Assembly (NCBI GenBank): GCA_026396195.1
Contig: JAPLXH010000007.1
Span: forward strand, 35,006-99,005
Length of the DNA: 64,000 nucleotides
Origin: Candidatus Nealsonbacteria bacterium
GTDB lineage: Bacteria; Patescibacteriota; Minisyncoccia; Minisyncoccales; JAGGXC01
Direction of reading: 5' to 3'
Shown here: positions 54,446-63,521 of the stretch, piece after piece
How the letters are laid out: every line of letters begins with the position of its first letter
How positions within the stretch are numbered: the stretch's first letter is position 1
Position numbers and translations under genes: made by a program
Notes under the pieces: generated by a model
Told to the model about the DNA's origin: nothing
Database searches by the model: none
Seen by the model: only the letters and a program-made list of their open reading frames with translations

Positions 54446-57247
54446 TTAATCTTTTATTTTGTCAATCGTTTTAAAAAGAGTTTCTCCGGAGCTGGTTAAG
54501 ATAAAAAAATCCTTGGAAACCAAATAGCAAAGGCCGAGATTTTCCTTGGTAAAATCTTGATATCTGAAGCTTAAATTTTTATAGGAAGATTCTTTGAAAA
54601 CAAGAGAGATTGCTTTTTCTTTTTTTCCCATTAAAGCAAAAAAAGAATCAAAGTCAATTTCCATTGTTTTTTCCCAGTTTTTTAGAAAAATTTTTAAACC
54701 TTCTTCATCTTTCGTTTTAACCGCAAAACCGATTCTTGGCTCTTTTTTTTCATTGATAAAAATAAAAAGAGTGAAGTTTTCTTCTACTTCCTGATAAAAA
54801 GATTCAATGTTTTTAATCTGGAAAGCTTCCAAAAAATCTTTTAAAGAGATTATTTGATTTTTTTCTTTATTCTCTATTAAAATCCTGACGAAAGAATTAA
54901 TTTTCCATTCTGCTCCAAGAGAATCAGCCAAATATTCTCTAATTTCTTCTTTTGTTGTCACTTCAAATATTTGTTTTTCTTCAATGGGAAAAAGGGAATC
55001 GGGAATTTCCAAAGTTATTTTTTCAGTTATTTCTTCGCTGTCGGTTGCCGGTTGCGTTTTTTCGGTTGTTTCTTCATTTGTTGTAGGTTGTATTTTTTCT
55101 TCAGTCAATATTTTAATTTGTGATAGGTTAGAGAAAAAAGGAATAAGTTTTTCTTTCAGGCCCCAGTACCAGAACAGGACAAACATAATTAAACTCAGGA
55201 TAAGCAAAATTATAAAGACCCTAATCATAATTTTATATAACAAGGAATGTTTTCTAGGCAAGTCTTTTCTTTTTAAGACTTCCTTTTTTTCTATTTTTTC
55301 CTTCGGTTTTTCCTTAATTTGGGGTTCGGGAATTCTTTCTTGTTCCTCCATTTCTTTTTTGATTCTTTCAATTTCCGCTCCTTTTTTGAAAATTTCCGAT
55401 TCATAAGACGGTTGTTTTAACAGGTCCAACTCTTCCTGAAGTCTTTTTTCTTTTTGTTTTATTTTTTCTCTTTCTCCGATGATTTTTAATTCTTCGTCCC
55501 TCTCTTCTTCGAAGCTTTTTACTTCTTCTTGTTCGGTTTGTTTTTTAAGCTGTTCTTCTTGTTTTCTTTTTAATTCTTCTTGCTTTTTGTTTTCTTCTTC
55601 TTGACTTCTTCTTTCGTCTTCTGCTTTTATTTTTTCCAATTCTTTTTTTTCATCCTCTTTGGGCCCTTCAGGCTCCTTTCCTAATAAATCGTAAGTTTCT
55701 TTCAGCTCTTTTTTTAATTTTTCTAATTTTTTCAATAATTCCTGATAAAGCAGGGCAATTTCTTTTTCTTCTTTTTCTATTTTTTGTTTTCCTTCGTTTA
55801 AATGCCATTTATTTTTTTCAATTTTTTCTCTTTCATCTTCCACTTTCCATCTTTCTTTTTCAATTTTTCTTTTTTCGTCAAAAAGTACGGCGCTTTCTTC
55901 GTCTATTCCCAACTCGTTTATTTTATTTTCAATCTCTTCTTCTTTTGTCGTTAACTCCTTTAAATAGGCAATAATTTTATCTTTTGTCTTTTTTATTTCC
56001 GATAATTTTTCTTCCAAAGGAATTTTTTCCCTCGTTGTTTCTTCAAGCTTTTTTTCTAATTTTTTTAATTTGTCTCCCAAGTTTAAAAATTCTTCTTGCC
56101 TTATAATTTCATTTTTTCTTTCTTGGAGGTCTTTTTCTAATTTTAAAATTTTAACAGATTCTCTTTCGCAATTGTTTATTTGGTCTTCTGTGTTTTGCAT
56201 TTTGTCTTCCGTTTCCCATCTTTTTTCTTCGATTTTTCTTCTTTCTTTATCAAATTGCCATCTTTGGACGGCTATTTGCTGTTTTTCTTCAATGGAAATG
56301 GCTTCCTTTCCTTTTTTGTCCAATTCTTTTACATCCTTTTCTGTTTTGGCTTCTTTGCTTGAAACTTGCTTCAGTCTTTTTTTAATTTCTTCAAATTGAT
56401 TTAAGAAATTATTCTTTGCTATTTCTAATTTTTGTTTTTGCAAAGCCAAAAAAACGAGTTTTTCTTCGATTTGAACCCTTTCTTTTTTGAGTTCTTCTCT
56501 TTTAAATATTTTTGATTTTCTTTTTTCTCCTTCTTCCTGTTTTTTTCTTAATTCTTCAGCTTCTTTTCTTTTTATTTCTTCTTCCTGTTTCTTTCTTTCT
56601 TCATTTCTTTTTATCAATTCTTCCTGTCTTTTTCTTTCTTTTTCTCTCCAAGCCTCTTCTTCTCTTTTCCTTTGTTCTTCTATTTTTATTCTTTCTTCAT
56701 TAAATCTCTTGTTTAGAACCTCTTCTTGTTTTTTTATTTCTTCCTCGGGTTTTTTAAATTCCTCGATTTTTTTTCTTTCCTCGGCTTGTTTTTTCAAAAA
56801 TTCTTGTTGTTTTTTTTCGTTTTCCAGCCTAATAAGCTCTTCTTTATTTCTTTGTTCTTCTATCCTTCTTTCTTCTTCTTTTTTTCTTAATTCTTCCTGG
56901 GTTTTTATCGCTCCTTGTTTTTTTAGTTCCTCTTTTTGTCTTTTTTCATTCTCAATTTTTCCTAGTTCTTCCCGTCTTTTTATTATTTCTTTTTGTTTTT
57001 TTTCTAATTCCTCTTTCCGTCTTTCTTCTTCCATCTCTATTTTTTTTCTTTTTTCATCTTTGATGGCGGTTTTTTTAAGGTCTTCATCTCTTCTTTTAGT
57101 AGTGCCCAAGTCAGCCATTCTTTTTAATTCTTCTTGGGATTGTTCAATCTTAATCTTTTCGATGTCTTTCTTCATCGTCACAATGTCCTTCATCTTTATA
57201 AAATCAATATCTTCGCTATTTTCTTCTTGAAAATCTTCTTTTAGCAT
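54446..57247 (-). CDS. Giant K/E-rich coiled-coil protein (about 640 aa) with one TM helix and a C-terminal roughly 260-aa extracytoplasmic domain
   Basis: Low-complexity EEKRKQEEL-type heptads; TM LLYKIMIRVFIILLILSLIMFVLFWYWGL; unique C-terminal domain. The antisense + ORFs are low-complexity artefacts. Confidence 0.5.
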   Translation of the reverse strand: MLKEDFQEENSEDIDFIKMKDIVTMKKDIEKIKIEQSQEELKRMADLGTTKRRDEDLKKTAIKDEKRKKIEMEEERRKEELEKKQKEIIKRREELGKIENEKRQKEELKKQGAIKTQEELRKKEEERRIEEQRNKEELIRLENEKKQQEFLKKQAEERKKIEEFKKPEEEIKKQEEVLNKRFNEERIKIEEQRKREEEAWREKERKRQEELIKRNEERKKQEEEIKRKEAEELRKKQEEGEKRKSKIFKREELKKERVQIEEKLVFLALQKQKLEIAKNNFLNQFEEIKKRLKQVSSKEAKTEKDVKELDKKGKEAISIEEKQQIAVQRWQFDKERRKIEEKRWETEDKMQNTEDQINNCERESVKILKLEKDLQERKNEIIRQEEFLNLGDKLKKLEKKLEETTREKIPLEEKLSEIKKTKDKIIAYLKELTTKEEEIENKINELGIDEESAVLFDEKRKIEKERWKVEDEREKIEKNKWHLNEGKQKIEKEEKEIALLYQELLKKLEKLKKELKETYDLLGKEPEGPKEDEKKELEKIKAEDERRSQEEENKKQEELKRKQEEQLKKQTEQEEVKSFEEERDEELKIIGEREKIKQKEKRLQEELDLLKQPSYESEIFKKGAEIERIKKEMEEQERIPEPQIKEKPKEKIEKKEVLKRKDLPRKHSLLYKIMIRVFIILLILSLIMFVLFWYWGLKEKLIPFFSNLSQIKILTEEKIQPTTNEETTEKTQPATDSEEITEKITLEIPDSLFPIEEKQIFEVTTKEEIREYLADSLGAEWKINSFVRILIENKEKNQIISLKDFLEAFQIKNIESFYQEVEENFTLFIFINEKKEPRIGFAVKTKDEEGLKIFLKNWEKTMEIDFDSFFALMGKKEKAISLVFKESSYKNLSFRYQDFTKENLGLCYLVSKDFFILTSSGETLFKTIDKIKD

Positions 57248-57282
57248 TATTAAAAGAATTTTTTAAAATAAAATTTTAATTA

Positions 57283-59361
57283 TTATTTTAACGGCTTGAA
57301 CAAAGATAAATCAACTCTTCCTTGGTCATCAACATTGGTTACTTTTACCCAAACTGAATCCCCGGCTTTTAGAATTTTTGTCCTGAGTTTGGAAATATGG
57401 ATTAGTCCTTCTTGGCCCGGGAAAATTTCTACAAAAGCCCCGAAATCCATTATTTTTTTGACTCTTCCCTCAAAGGTTTCTCCTATTTTTACTTCTCGGG
57501 TCATGTTTTTTATTAGAGCTGTTGCTTTTTTGCCGTTTTCTTCTTTCTCGGCTGTTATAAAAATTTTTCCGTCTTCTTCAATATCAATATTTACTTCATA
57601 TTCCTCGGTGATTTTTCTTATTATTTTTCCGCCCGGGCCTATAACGTCCCCAATTTTTTCAGGATTTATTTGCAAAACATAAACTCTTGGGGCCCAAGAG
57701 GAAAGACTTTCTCTGGGAGCAGGGAGAATTTCCTGAATTTTTTTTAAAATTTCCAATCTTGCTAACTTTCCCCTGACTAAAGCCTCGGCTAAAATTTGTT
57801 TATTTATTCCTGTAATTTTTACGTCCATCTGAATCGCAGTAATTCCTTCTTTTGTCCCGGCTACTTTTAGGTCCATATCGCCGTAATGGTCTTCGGGCCC
57901 TTGGATATCGGTTAATATTTTGTAGTTACCCTTTCCGTCGCTCATTAATCCCAGCGCGATTCCTGCAGCGGGTTTTTTTATCGGAACTCCCGCATCCATT
58001 AAAGCCAAGGAAGAAGAACAAACCGAAGCCATCGAGGAGGAACCGTTGGAAGAAAGAATTTCAGAGACTATTCTTATTGTATAAGGAAAATCATCAAAAC
58101 TTGGGATAAGAGGGAAAAGGGCTTTTTCAGCCAACATGCCGTGTCCTATTTCTCTCCGGCCGGGACTTCTTATCGGTTTTACTTCGCCTGAGCAATAAGG
58201 GGGAAAATTATAATGATGCATGAATTTTTTTTTGCCCACGATTTCCATCCCTTCAATCAATTGTTGGTCTCCCGGACTTCCCAAGGTTAAAATAGAGAGA
58301 GCTTTCGTTTGTCCTCGGACAAAAAGACCGCAGCCGTGGCTTCTAGGCACCAATCCGACTTCAGCATCAATGAACCTTAATTCGTCTAATTTTCGGCCAT
58401 CGACTCTTTTTTCTTTTTCAAGTATGTTTTTATGGACTAAATTTTCAATTTCTTTATAAAATATTTCACTTGCAAGCCTGATTTTTTCCGGTTCTTCGTG
58501 TTTCTCCTTTACAAAATTAATCAGTTCTTCTTTAAGGTCGCTCATCCTACCTTCTTGTGAGGAATTGGGCGATGAATATAGATTTTTTTCTAATTTATCA
58601 GAAAGCCAATGTCCGACTTCTTTTTCCAGTTTTTCATCTTTAAAGCTTTCAATTAAAACTTTTTCTTTGCCCGATTGCGTCGAAATTTCTTTTTGGAAAT
58701 CTATTAATTTTTTAAGATAATCTTCTCCGAATTCGGTTGCTTTTAAAATTGTTTCTTCGTCAGACTCGTCAGCCCGGCACTCAATCATGTTAATTAAAAC
58801 TCGATTATCTTTTTTGGTGCCGGCTAAAACTAATTCAATTTTTGATTCTTCTTTTTGTCCACAGGTCGGGTTTAAAACAAAGCCATCGTTTATTTTTCCT
58901 ATTCTGATGGCGCCAATAGGGCCTGACCAGGGGATATCGGAAATTGAAAGGGCTATGGAGGCGGCAATCAAGCTGACCATATCGGGATTATTCTCTCCGT
59001 CCCAGGCTAGGCAGGTGGTAATAACTTGAATTTCTCGATAAAGATTGTTGGGGAACAAAGGCCTGATGACACGGTCAATCAATCTGGAAGATAAAATTGC
59101 CTCATCGGACGGTTTTCCTTCTCTTTTCATATATCTCGACCCCTTTATTTTTCCGGACGCATAATATCTTTCTTCGTAATTTACGCTTAGCGGGAAAAAA
59201 TCGATTTGGTCGCTTTTTGATTTTGCCATAACGCAGGTTGCCAAAACCAAAGTATCGCCGTATCTTACTAAAACTTCACCGTTGGCTTTTTCAGCTAAAT
59301 TTCTAATTTGAACGATTAAATCTCGTCCCCCTAATTCTAATTTGTAATTTTTAGTTTCCAT
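57283..59361 (-). CDS. pnp: Polynucleotide phosphorylase
   Basis: Two RNase PH domains, KH and C-terminal S1 (GETFEGRVKKIMDFGAFVEI). Confidence 0.95.
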   Translation of the reverse strand: METKNYKLELGGRDLIVQIRNLAEKANGEVLVRYGDTLVLATCVMAKSKSDQIDFFPLSVNYEERYYASGKIKGSRYMKREGKPSDEAILSSRLIDRVIRPLFPNNLYREIQVITTCLAWDGENNPDMVSLIAASIALSISDIPWSGPIGAIRIGKINDGFVLNPTCGQKEESKIELVLAGTKKDNRVLINMIECRADESDEETILKATEFGEDYLKKLIDFQKEISTQSGKEKVLIESFKDEKLEKEVGHWLSDKLEKNLYSSPNSSQEGRMSDLKEELINFVKEKHEEPEKIRLASEIFYKEIENLVHKNILEKEKRVDGRKLDELRFIDAEVGLVPRSHGCGLFVRGQTKALSILTLGSPGDQQLIEGMEIVGKKKFMHHYNFPPYCSGEVKPIRSPGRREIGHGMLAEKALFPLIPSFDDFPYTIRIVSEILSSNGSSSMASVCSSSLALMDAGVPIKKPAAGIALGLMSDGKGNYKILTDIQGPEDHYGDMDLKVAGTKEGITAIQMDVKITGINKQILAEALVRGKLARLEILKKIQEILPAPRESLSSWAPRVYVLQINPEKIGDVIGPGGKIIRKITEEYEVNIDIEEDGKIFITAEKEENGKKATALIKNMTREVKIGETFEGRVKKIMDFGAFVEIFPGQEGLIHISKLRTKILKAGDSVWVKVTNVDDQGRVDLSLFKPLK

Positions 59362-59373
59362 TTTTTATTTTTT

Positions 59374-59877
59374 TTAATCTTTTAATAAGTATTTACTGGG
59401 AGTTTTATCCAGGTCTATAAATTCATCGGCTGCTTCTTTTAATTTAGAGGAAGTGGTTTTACCGAAAGCTAAAACCTCAACTCTTTTGCCCTGATTTTTT
59501 AAATATTCGACTAAAGGAAAAAAATCCCCGTCTCCCGAGCAGAGCACAATTACATCCAAGCTTTGGGCGGTTCTTACGGCGTCAATAACTATCCCGACGT
59601 CCCAATCGGCTTTTTTCATTCCGTCGTAAAATTCTTGTAAATCTTTTACTCTCATTTCAATTCCCAACTTGGTTAAGGCTTCAAAAAAAGGTTTTTCTTC
59701 GCCTGTTTTTGTTTTTACCACATAAGCGAAAGCCCTGATAAACTTCCGGCCGGCTATCGCTGTTTTGAGAATTTCCCTGAAATTAACCTTGGATTTGTAA
59801 AGATTTTTAGCCGAATGATAAAGGTTTTGAACATCAATGAGTGCTTCCACTCTTTGTTCAATCGGTTTTATTGCCAT
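59374..59877 (-). CDS. NYN-domain (LabA/DUF88-like) protein
   Basis: ALIDVQNLYHSAKNL...VLCSGDGDF. Confidence 0.65.
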   Translation of the reverse strand: MAIKPIEQRVEALIDVQNLYHSAKNLYKSKVNFREILKTAIAGRKFIRAFAYVVKTKTGEEKPFFEALTKLGIEMRVKDLQEFYDGMKKADWDVGIVIDAVRTAQSLDVIVLCSGDGDFFPLVEYLKNQGKRVEVLAFGKTTSSKLKEAADEFIDLDKTPSKYLLKD

Positions 59878-59907
59878 ATATTTTTATTTCCGTTTTTAGC
59901 GGAAAAA

Positions 59908-60174
59908 TTATTTCTTTAATCCTATTTTTTTAATTAAAGAATTGTATTTTTTTTCATCAGCCTTTTTTAAGTAGCCCAAAAGGCTTTTTCTTTTGGATAC
60001 CATTTTCAGAAGCCCTTTTTTTGAATGAAAATCTTTTGGATTTTTTTTCAAATGAAGCAACAGCTCGCTTATCTCTTCGCTAAGCAAAGCTATCTGGACT
60101 TCCGAAGAACCGGTATCTTTTTCGTGCTGCTGATGTTTTTTAATCAGTTTTTCTTTGTCTTCTTTTTTTAACAT
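59908..60174 (-). CDS. rpsO: 30S ribosomal protein S15
   Basis: HLKKNPKDFHSKKGLLKMVSKRKSLLGYLKK; position upstream of pnp. Confidence 0.85.
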   Translation of the reverse strand: MLKKEDKEKLIKKHQQHEKDTGSSEVQIALLSEEISELLLHLKKNPKDFHSKKGLLKMVSKRKSLLGYLKKADEKKYNSLIKKIGLKK

Positions 60175-60259
60175 ATTTTTTTATTTAATTTATTTTTTTA
60201 TTTTACCTCAAAAATTAAAAACAAAAAAGGTGTCTTACCTTTCTTTTGATTTTAATTTA

Positions 60260-60332
60260 TGCCCCCAGCAGGACTCGAACCTGCAACTCACTGCTTAAGA
60301 GGCAGTTACTCTACCGGTTGAGTTATGAGGGC
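60260..60332 (-). tRNA. tRNA-Lys(CUU)
   Basis: GCCCTCA TA ACTC AACCGGTA GAGT A ACTGC CTCTTAA GCAGT GAGTT GCAGG TTCGAGT CCTGC TGGGGGC A; no CCA. Confidence 0.8.
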
Positions 60333-60334
60333 GG

Positions 60335-60946
60335 TTAAAATCTTCTTATGTCGCATTTAACTTGAAACCATCCTTCTTTTTCTGGTGTTGCGGGATTGTC
60401 TACCAGCCCGGTCCATTCGCTTACTTTAATAGAAACAAGAATAGTGTTTATAATCAGCCATGATCCATAAATCAATACAAGGCCTATTGTCGCCGATGTA
60501 AGAATTTTTTTTGCGAAACTGGTTTTTTGAGGATTTTGTCCTGCTTGATACAAAGAAAACCCTCCAATCGTAAATATTAAAACAGCAATCGCAGGAACAA
60601 TTTTAATTAAAATTAAATCAAGTATGCCATCCGCCATAACAAAGAAATGACAAATAGTACAAGGAATCCATTTGCGAGAAATTAGAGTCCCTATTGGCAC
60701 TGGATCTCCGCCCGCTGTTTTTTGGTTACACTCTCCAACCACGGAAGCAGCCCACAGGATGTTTGTAGCGCAACATTTTCCGCAAGGGTTCAGCCCGTCA
60801 TAGGTGATTTTATAAACTTTAGCAGGATCTACGGAACGATCTGTAATTGTATAACTATTAGTTGCTGAAATAATAGAAGGAACAAAGAGCCAGCTTATGA
60901 AAAAAAATAAAATAAACAAATTTGAAATTTTAAATAAATTTTTCAT
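60335..60946 (-). CDS. Cys-rich secreted protein with C-terminal TrbC/VirB2-like pilin domain (third paralog)
   Basis: Start trimmed to MKNLFKIS (the longer ORF runs into the tRNA); C-terminal IVPAIAVLIFTIGGFSLYQAG...IGLVLIYGSWLIINTILV. Confidence 0.4.
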   Translation of the reverse strand: MKNLFKISNLFILFFFISWLFVPSIISATNSYTITDRSVDPAKVYKITYDGLNPCGKCCATNILWAASVVGECNQKTAGGDPVPIGTLISRKWIPCTICHFFVMADGILDLILIKIVPAIAVLIFTIGGFSLYQAGQNPQKTSFAKKILTSATIGLVLIYGSWLIINTILVSIKVSEWTGLVDNPATPEKEGWFQVKCDIRRF

Positions 60947-60954
60947 ATTTTTAA

Positions 60955-61026
60955 TGCCCTCGAGAGGATTCGAACCCCTATCTTTTGTTCCGAAGACAAA
61001 GATGTTGTCCGTTACACCACGAGGGC
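60955..61026 (-). tRNA. tRNA-Arg(UCG)
   Basis: GCCCTCG TG GTGT AACGGACA ACAT C TTTGT CTTCGGA ACAAA AGAT AGGGG TTCGAAT CCTCT CGAGGGC A; no CCA. Confidence 0.7.
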
Positions 61027-61122
61027 TTAATCTCAATAATATTGTACCAGATGTGTTGATTTTCGGCAAGATTCAGAAAAAAGATTGAAAAAAATAAATT
61101 TCTAGATTAAGATGAAAACGAA

Positions 61123-62621
61123 ATGGAAATTCCTAAAGAAGTCCAATCTATCATAAAAGAATTGGAAAATAAAGAGTTTGAAGCCTATATTGTTGGAGGC
61201 TGCGTTCGCGATTTTTTGCTTGCCCGTCGAAGCGAAAGCGAAGGAGGGAGAAAAATAAAGCCCCGAGATTGGGACATAGCTACCAATGCGAAACCCGAAG
61301 AAATTAAAAAAATATTTTTAAAAAGTTATTCCGACAATAAATTCGGCACGGTGATTGTTTTGACCGGTTCCAAAGATGAAAGCTTGGCAGAAGTTGAAAT
61401 TACCCCTTATCGCATTGATGAAAAATATAGCGACAAGCGTCATCCCGATAAAGTTATTTGGGCGCAAAGAATTGAACAGGATTTGTCCAGGAGAGATTTT
61501 ACCATAAATGCCATCGCAATGGGGGTTGGCGGAGAAAATAAAAAATCAGAAACAAAAATTATTGACCCTTTTGACGGAGAAAAAGATTTAAAAAATAAAA
61601 TTATCCGGGCAGTGGGCAGTCCCCAAGACCGATTTTCTGAAGATGCTTTAAGAATGATGAGGGCTGTAAGATTTGCAACGACTTTAGGTTTTGAGATAGA
61701 GTCCGAGACCGCAAAAGCCATAAATAATAATTCTCATTTATTAAAAGCCATATCCAAAGAAAGAATAAGGGATGAATTTATGAAAATTATTATGTCGGAA
61801 AATGCGGACCAAGGAGTTGAATTGTTGAGAGAATTAAATCTTTTAAAATATATTATTCCGGAACTTGAAGAAGGACACGGGGTTTCTCAAAACAAACACC
61901 ATGTTTATGAAGTTTATAAACATTCTTTGCTTTCTTTGAGATACGCGGCCAAGAAAAATTTTAATAAATATGTAAGAATGGCAACTTTGCTTCATGATAT
62001 TGGAAAGCCCCGGGTTAAAAAAGGAGAAGGGCAAAATTCTACTTTTTATAACCATGAAATAGTAGGCGCTAAAATGACTTGTCAGATATTAGATTGCCTT
62101 AAGTTTTCCAAAAAGATATTGAAAAAATCGTAAAACTGGTAAGATATCATTTGTTTTATTATCATCCGGACGAAGTCGGTGAAAGCTCGGTCAGAAGATT
62201 GGTCAGACAAGTTGGGCCGGAAAATATGGAAGAATTATTGCAAGTCAGATTGTCCGATAGAATCGGCTCCGGTTGTCCGAAAGCGGAACCTTATAAATTA
62301 CGTTATTTAAAATATGTTATTGAGAAAACTGCCCAGGATTCGATTTCGGTCAAGAATTTAAAAATTTCGGGCAACGATATAATGGAAATTTTAAAAATCG
62401 AACCGGGTCCCAAAATCGGAATGATTCTTGATGTTTTGTTGGGCGAAGTTTTGGAGAATCCGGATAAAAATAAAAAAGAAATTTTAAAAAAAGAAACTGA
62501 AAAATTAGGAAAATTATCGGAAAAAGAATTAAAAAACTTGACCGAAAAAGCCAGAGAAGAAAGAGAAAAAATAGAAATGAAAAGAGATGAGATGACAAAG
62601 AAGAAATATTGGGTGACGTAG
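61123..62621 (+). CDS. cca: CCA-adding tRNA nucleotidyltransferase (head + HD domain), interrupted by a -1 frame change at an A5 run (62110-62114)
   Basis: Pol-beta head GGCVRDFLL...DWD. The two ORFs (61123..62133, 62151..62621) join into a continuous KDIEKIVKLVRYHLFYYHPDE sequence if one A is added. Confidence 0.7.
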
Positions 62622-62770
62622 TTCAGGAAATAATTTTAGAGACACGCTCTGCATCCCAGCGGGATGCAAGCTTAGTTCCTCGACAAATTCAAGCACATAA
62701 AAATTTATGTGCTTGACCATGCAATTTGCCTGCGGATAGTCACTAAAATTATTTTCTTCACTTTTAAATT

Positions 62771-62841
62771 TTAAAAATCGGGGTGTAGTATAACGGCAGT
62801 ATGCAGGGTTCGGGACTCTGCGGTCTGGGTTCAATTCCCAG
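62771..62841 (+). tRNA. tRNA-Pro(CGG)
   Basis: C1-G72 acceptor (CGGGGTG/CACCCCG), anticodon loop TTCGGGA, T-loop TTCAATT. Confidence 0.7.
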
Positions 62842-62848
62842 CACCCCG

Positions 62849-62919
62849 ACAAGAACGGGCCTGTAGTTTAACGGCAGAACACTACATTCGCATTGTAGGA
62901 ATGCGGGTTCAATTCCCGC
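62849..62919 (+). tRNA. tRNA-Ala(CGC)
   Basis: GGGCCTG acceptor with G3-U70 identity pair, anticodon loop TTCGCAT. Confidence 0.8.
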
Positions 62920-62934
62920 CGGGTCCATAATATC

Positions 62935-63369
62935 ATGTCTTCAAAAGAAATCGGAATTCTGGGAGAAAAAATTGCGGAAAATTATTTAAGGAAAAAAGGT
63001 TATAAAATTTTGGAGAAAAATTATTCTCCAAGTTTTGTTACAGGTTTAAATATTGGAGAAATCGACCTTATAACCAAAAAAGAAGATGTAATTATTTTTG
63101 TTGAAGTAAAGACCCTTCGACTTCGCTCCCTTCAATTCGATTCAGGACAAGCAGGGCAAGCCTTTCGAAAAAATCAGGGCGAGTATTTTAATCCCGAGGA
63201 TAAAGTTAATTATCAAAAACAAAGAAAAATAATAAAAACAGCCCAAAGTTATATTTTAGAGAAAAAACTTTTTTCTGAAATTAAATGGCAGGTTGATGTT
63301 TTGTCTATTGTCATTAATTTTGAAACAAGAAAGGCAAAAATTAAACACTTTAAGAATGCAGTTGTTTGA
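62935..63369 (+). CDS. YraN/UPF0102-family endonuclease-like protein
   Basis: LGEKIAENYLRKKGYKILEKNY...GEIDLI...IIFVEVKT. Confidence 0.65.
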   Translation: MSSKEIGILGEKIAENYLRKKGYKILEKNYSPSFVTGLNIGEIDLITKKEDVIIFVEVKTLRLRSLQFDSGQAGQAFRKNQGEYFNPEDKVNYQKQRKIIKTAQSYILEKKLFSEIKWQVDVLSIVINFETRKAKIKHFKNAVV

Positions 63370-63521
63370 TCCTCCTTCGTCCCGACCGTGTCGGGACTAC
63401 GGATAGATAAACACTCTTCGATTTTCATGTAATATTTATTAAGAAGTTGACCAGTATGTTTTATTTTGCTAAACTAATATAAATTTAAAGGTTGTCCGCG
63501 AAAGGGGACCTTTTTTAAAAT

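Noticed and set aside
54594-57230. + strand ORFs 54594..54794, 54984..55406, 56070..56399, 56180..56362, 56487..57230 and 56512..56703 (S/F/L-rich, up to 247 aa)
   Set aside because: Antisense translations of the GAA/AAG-rich coiled-coil gene; pure low complexity.
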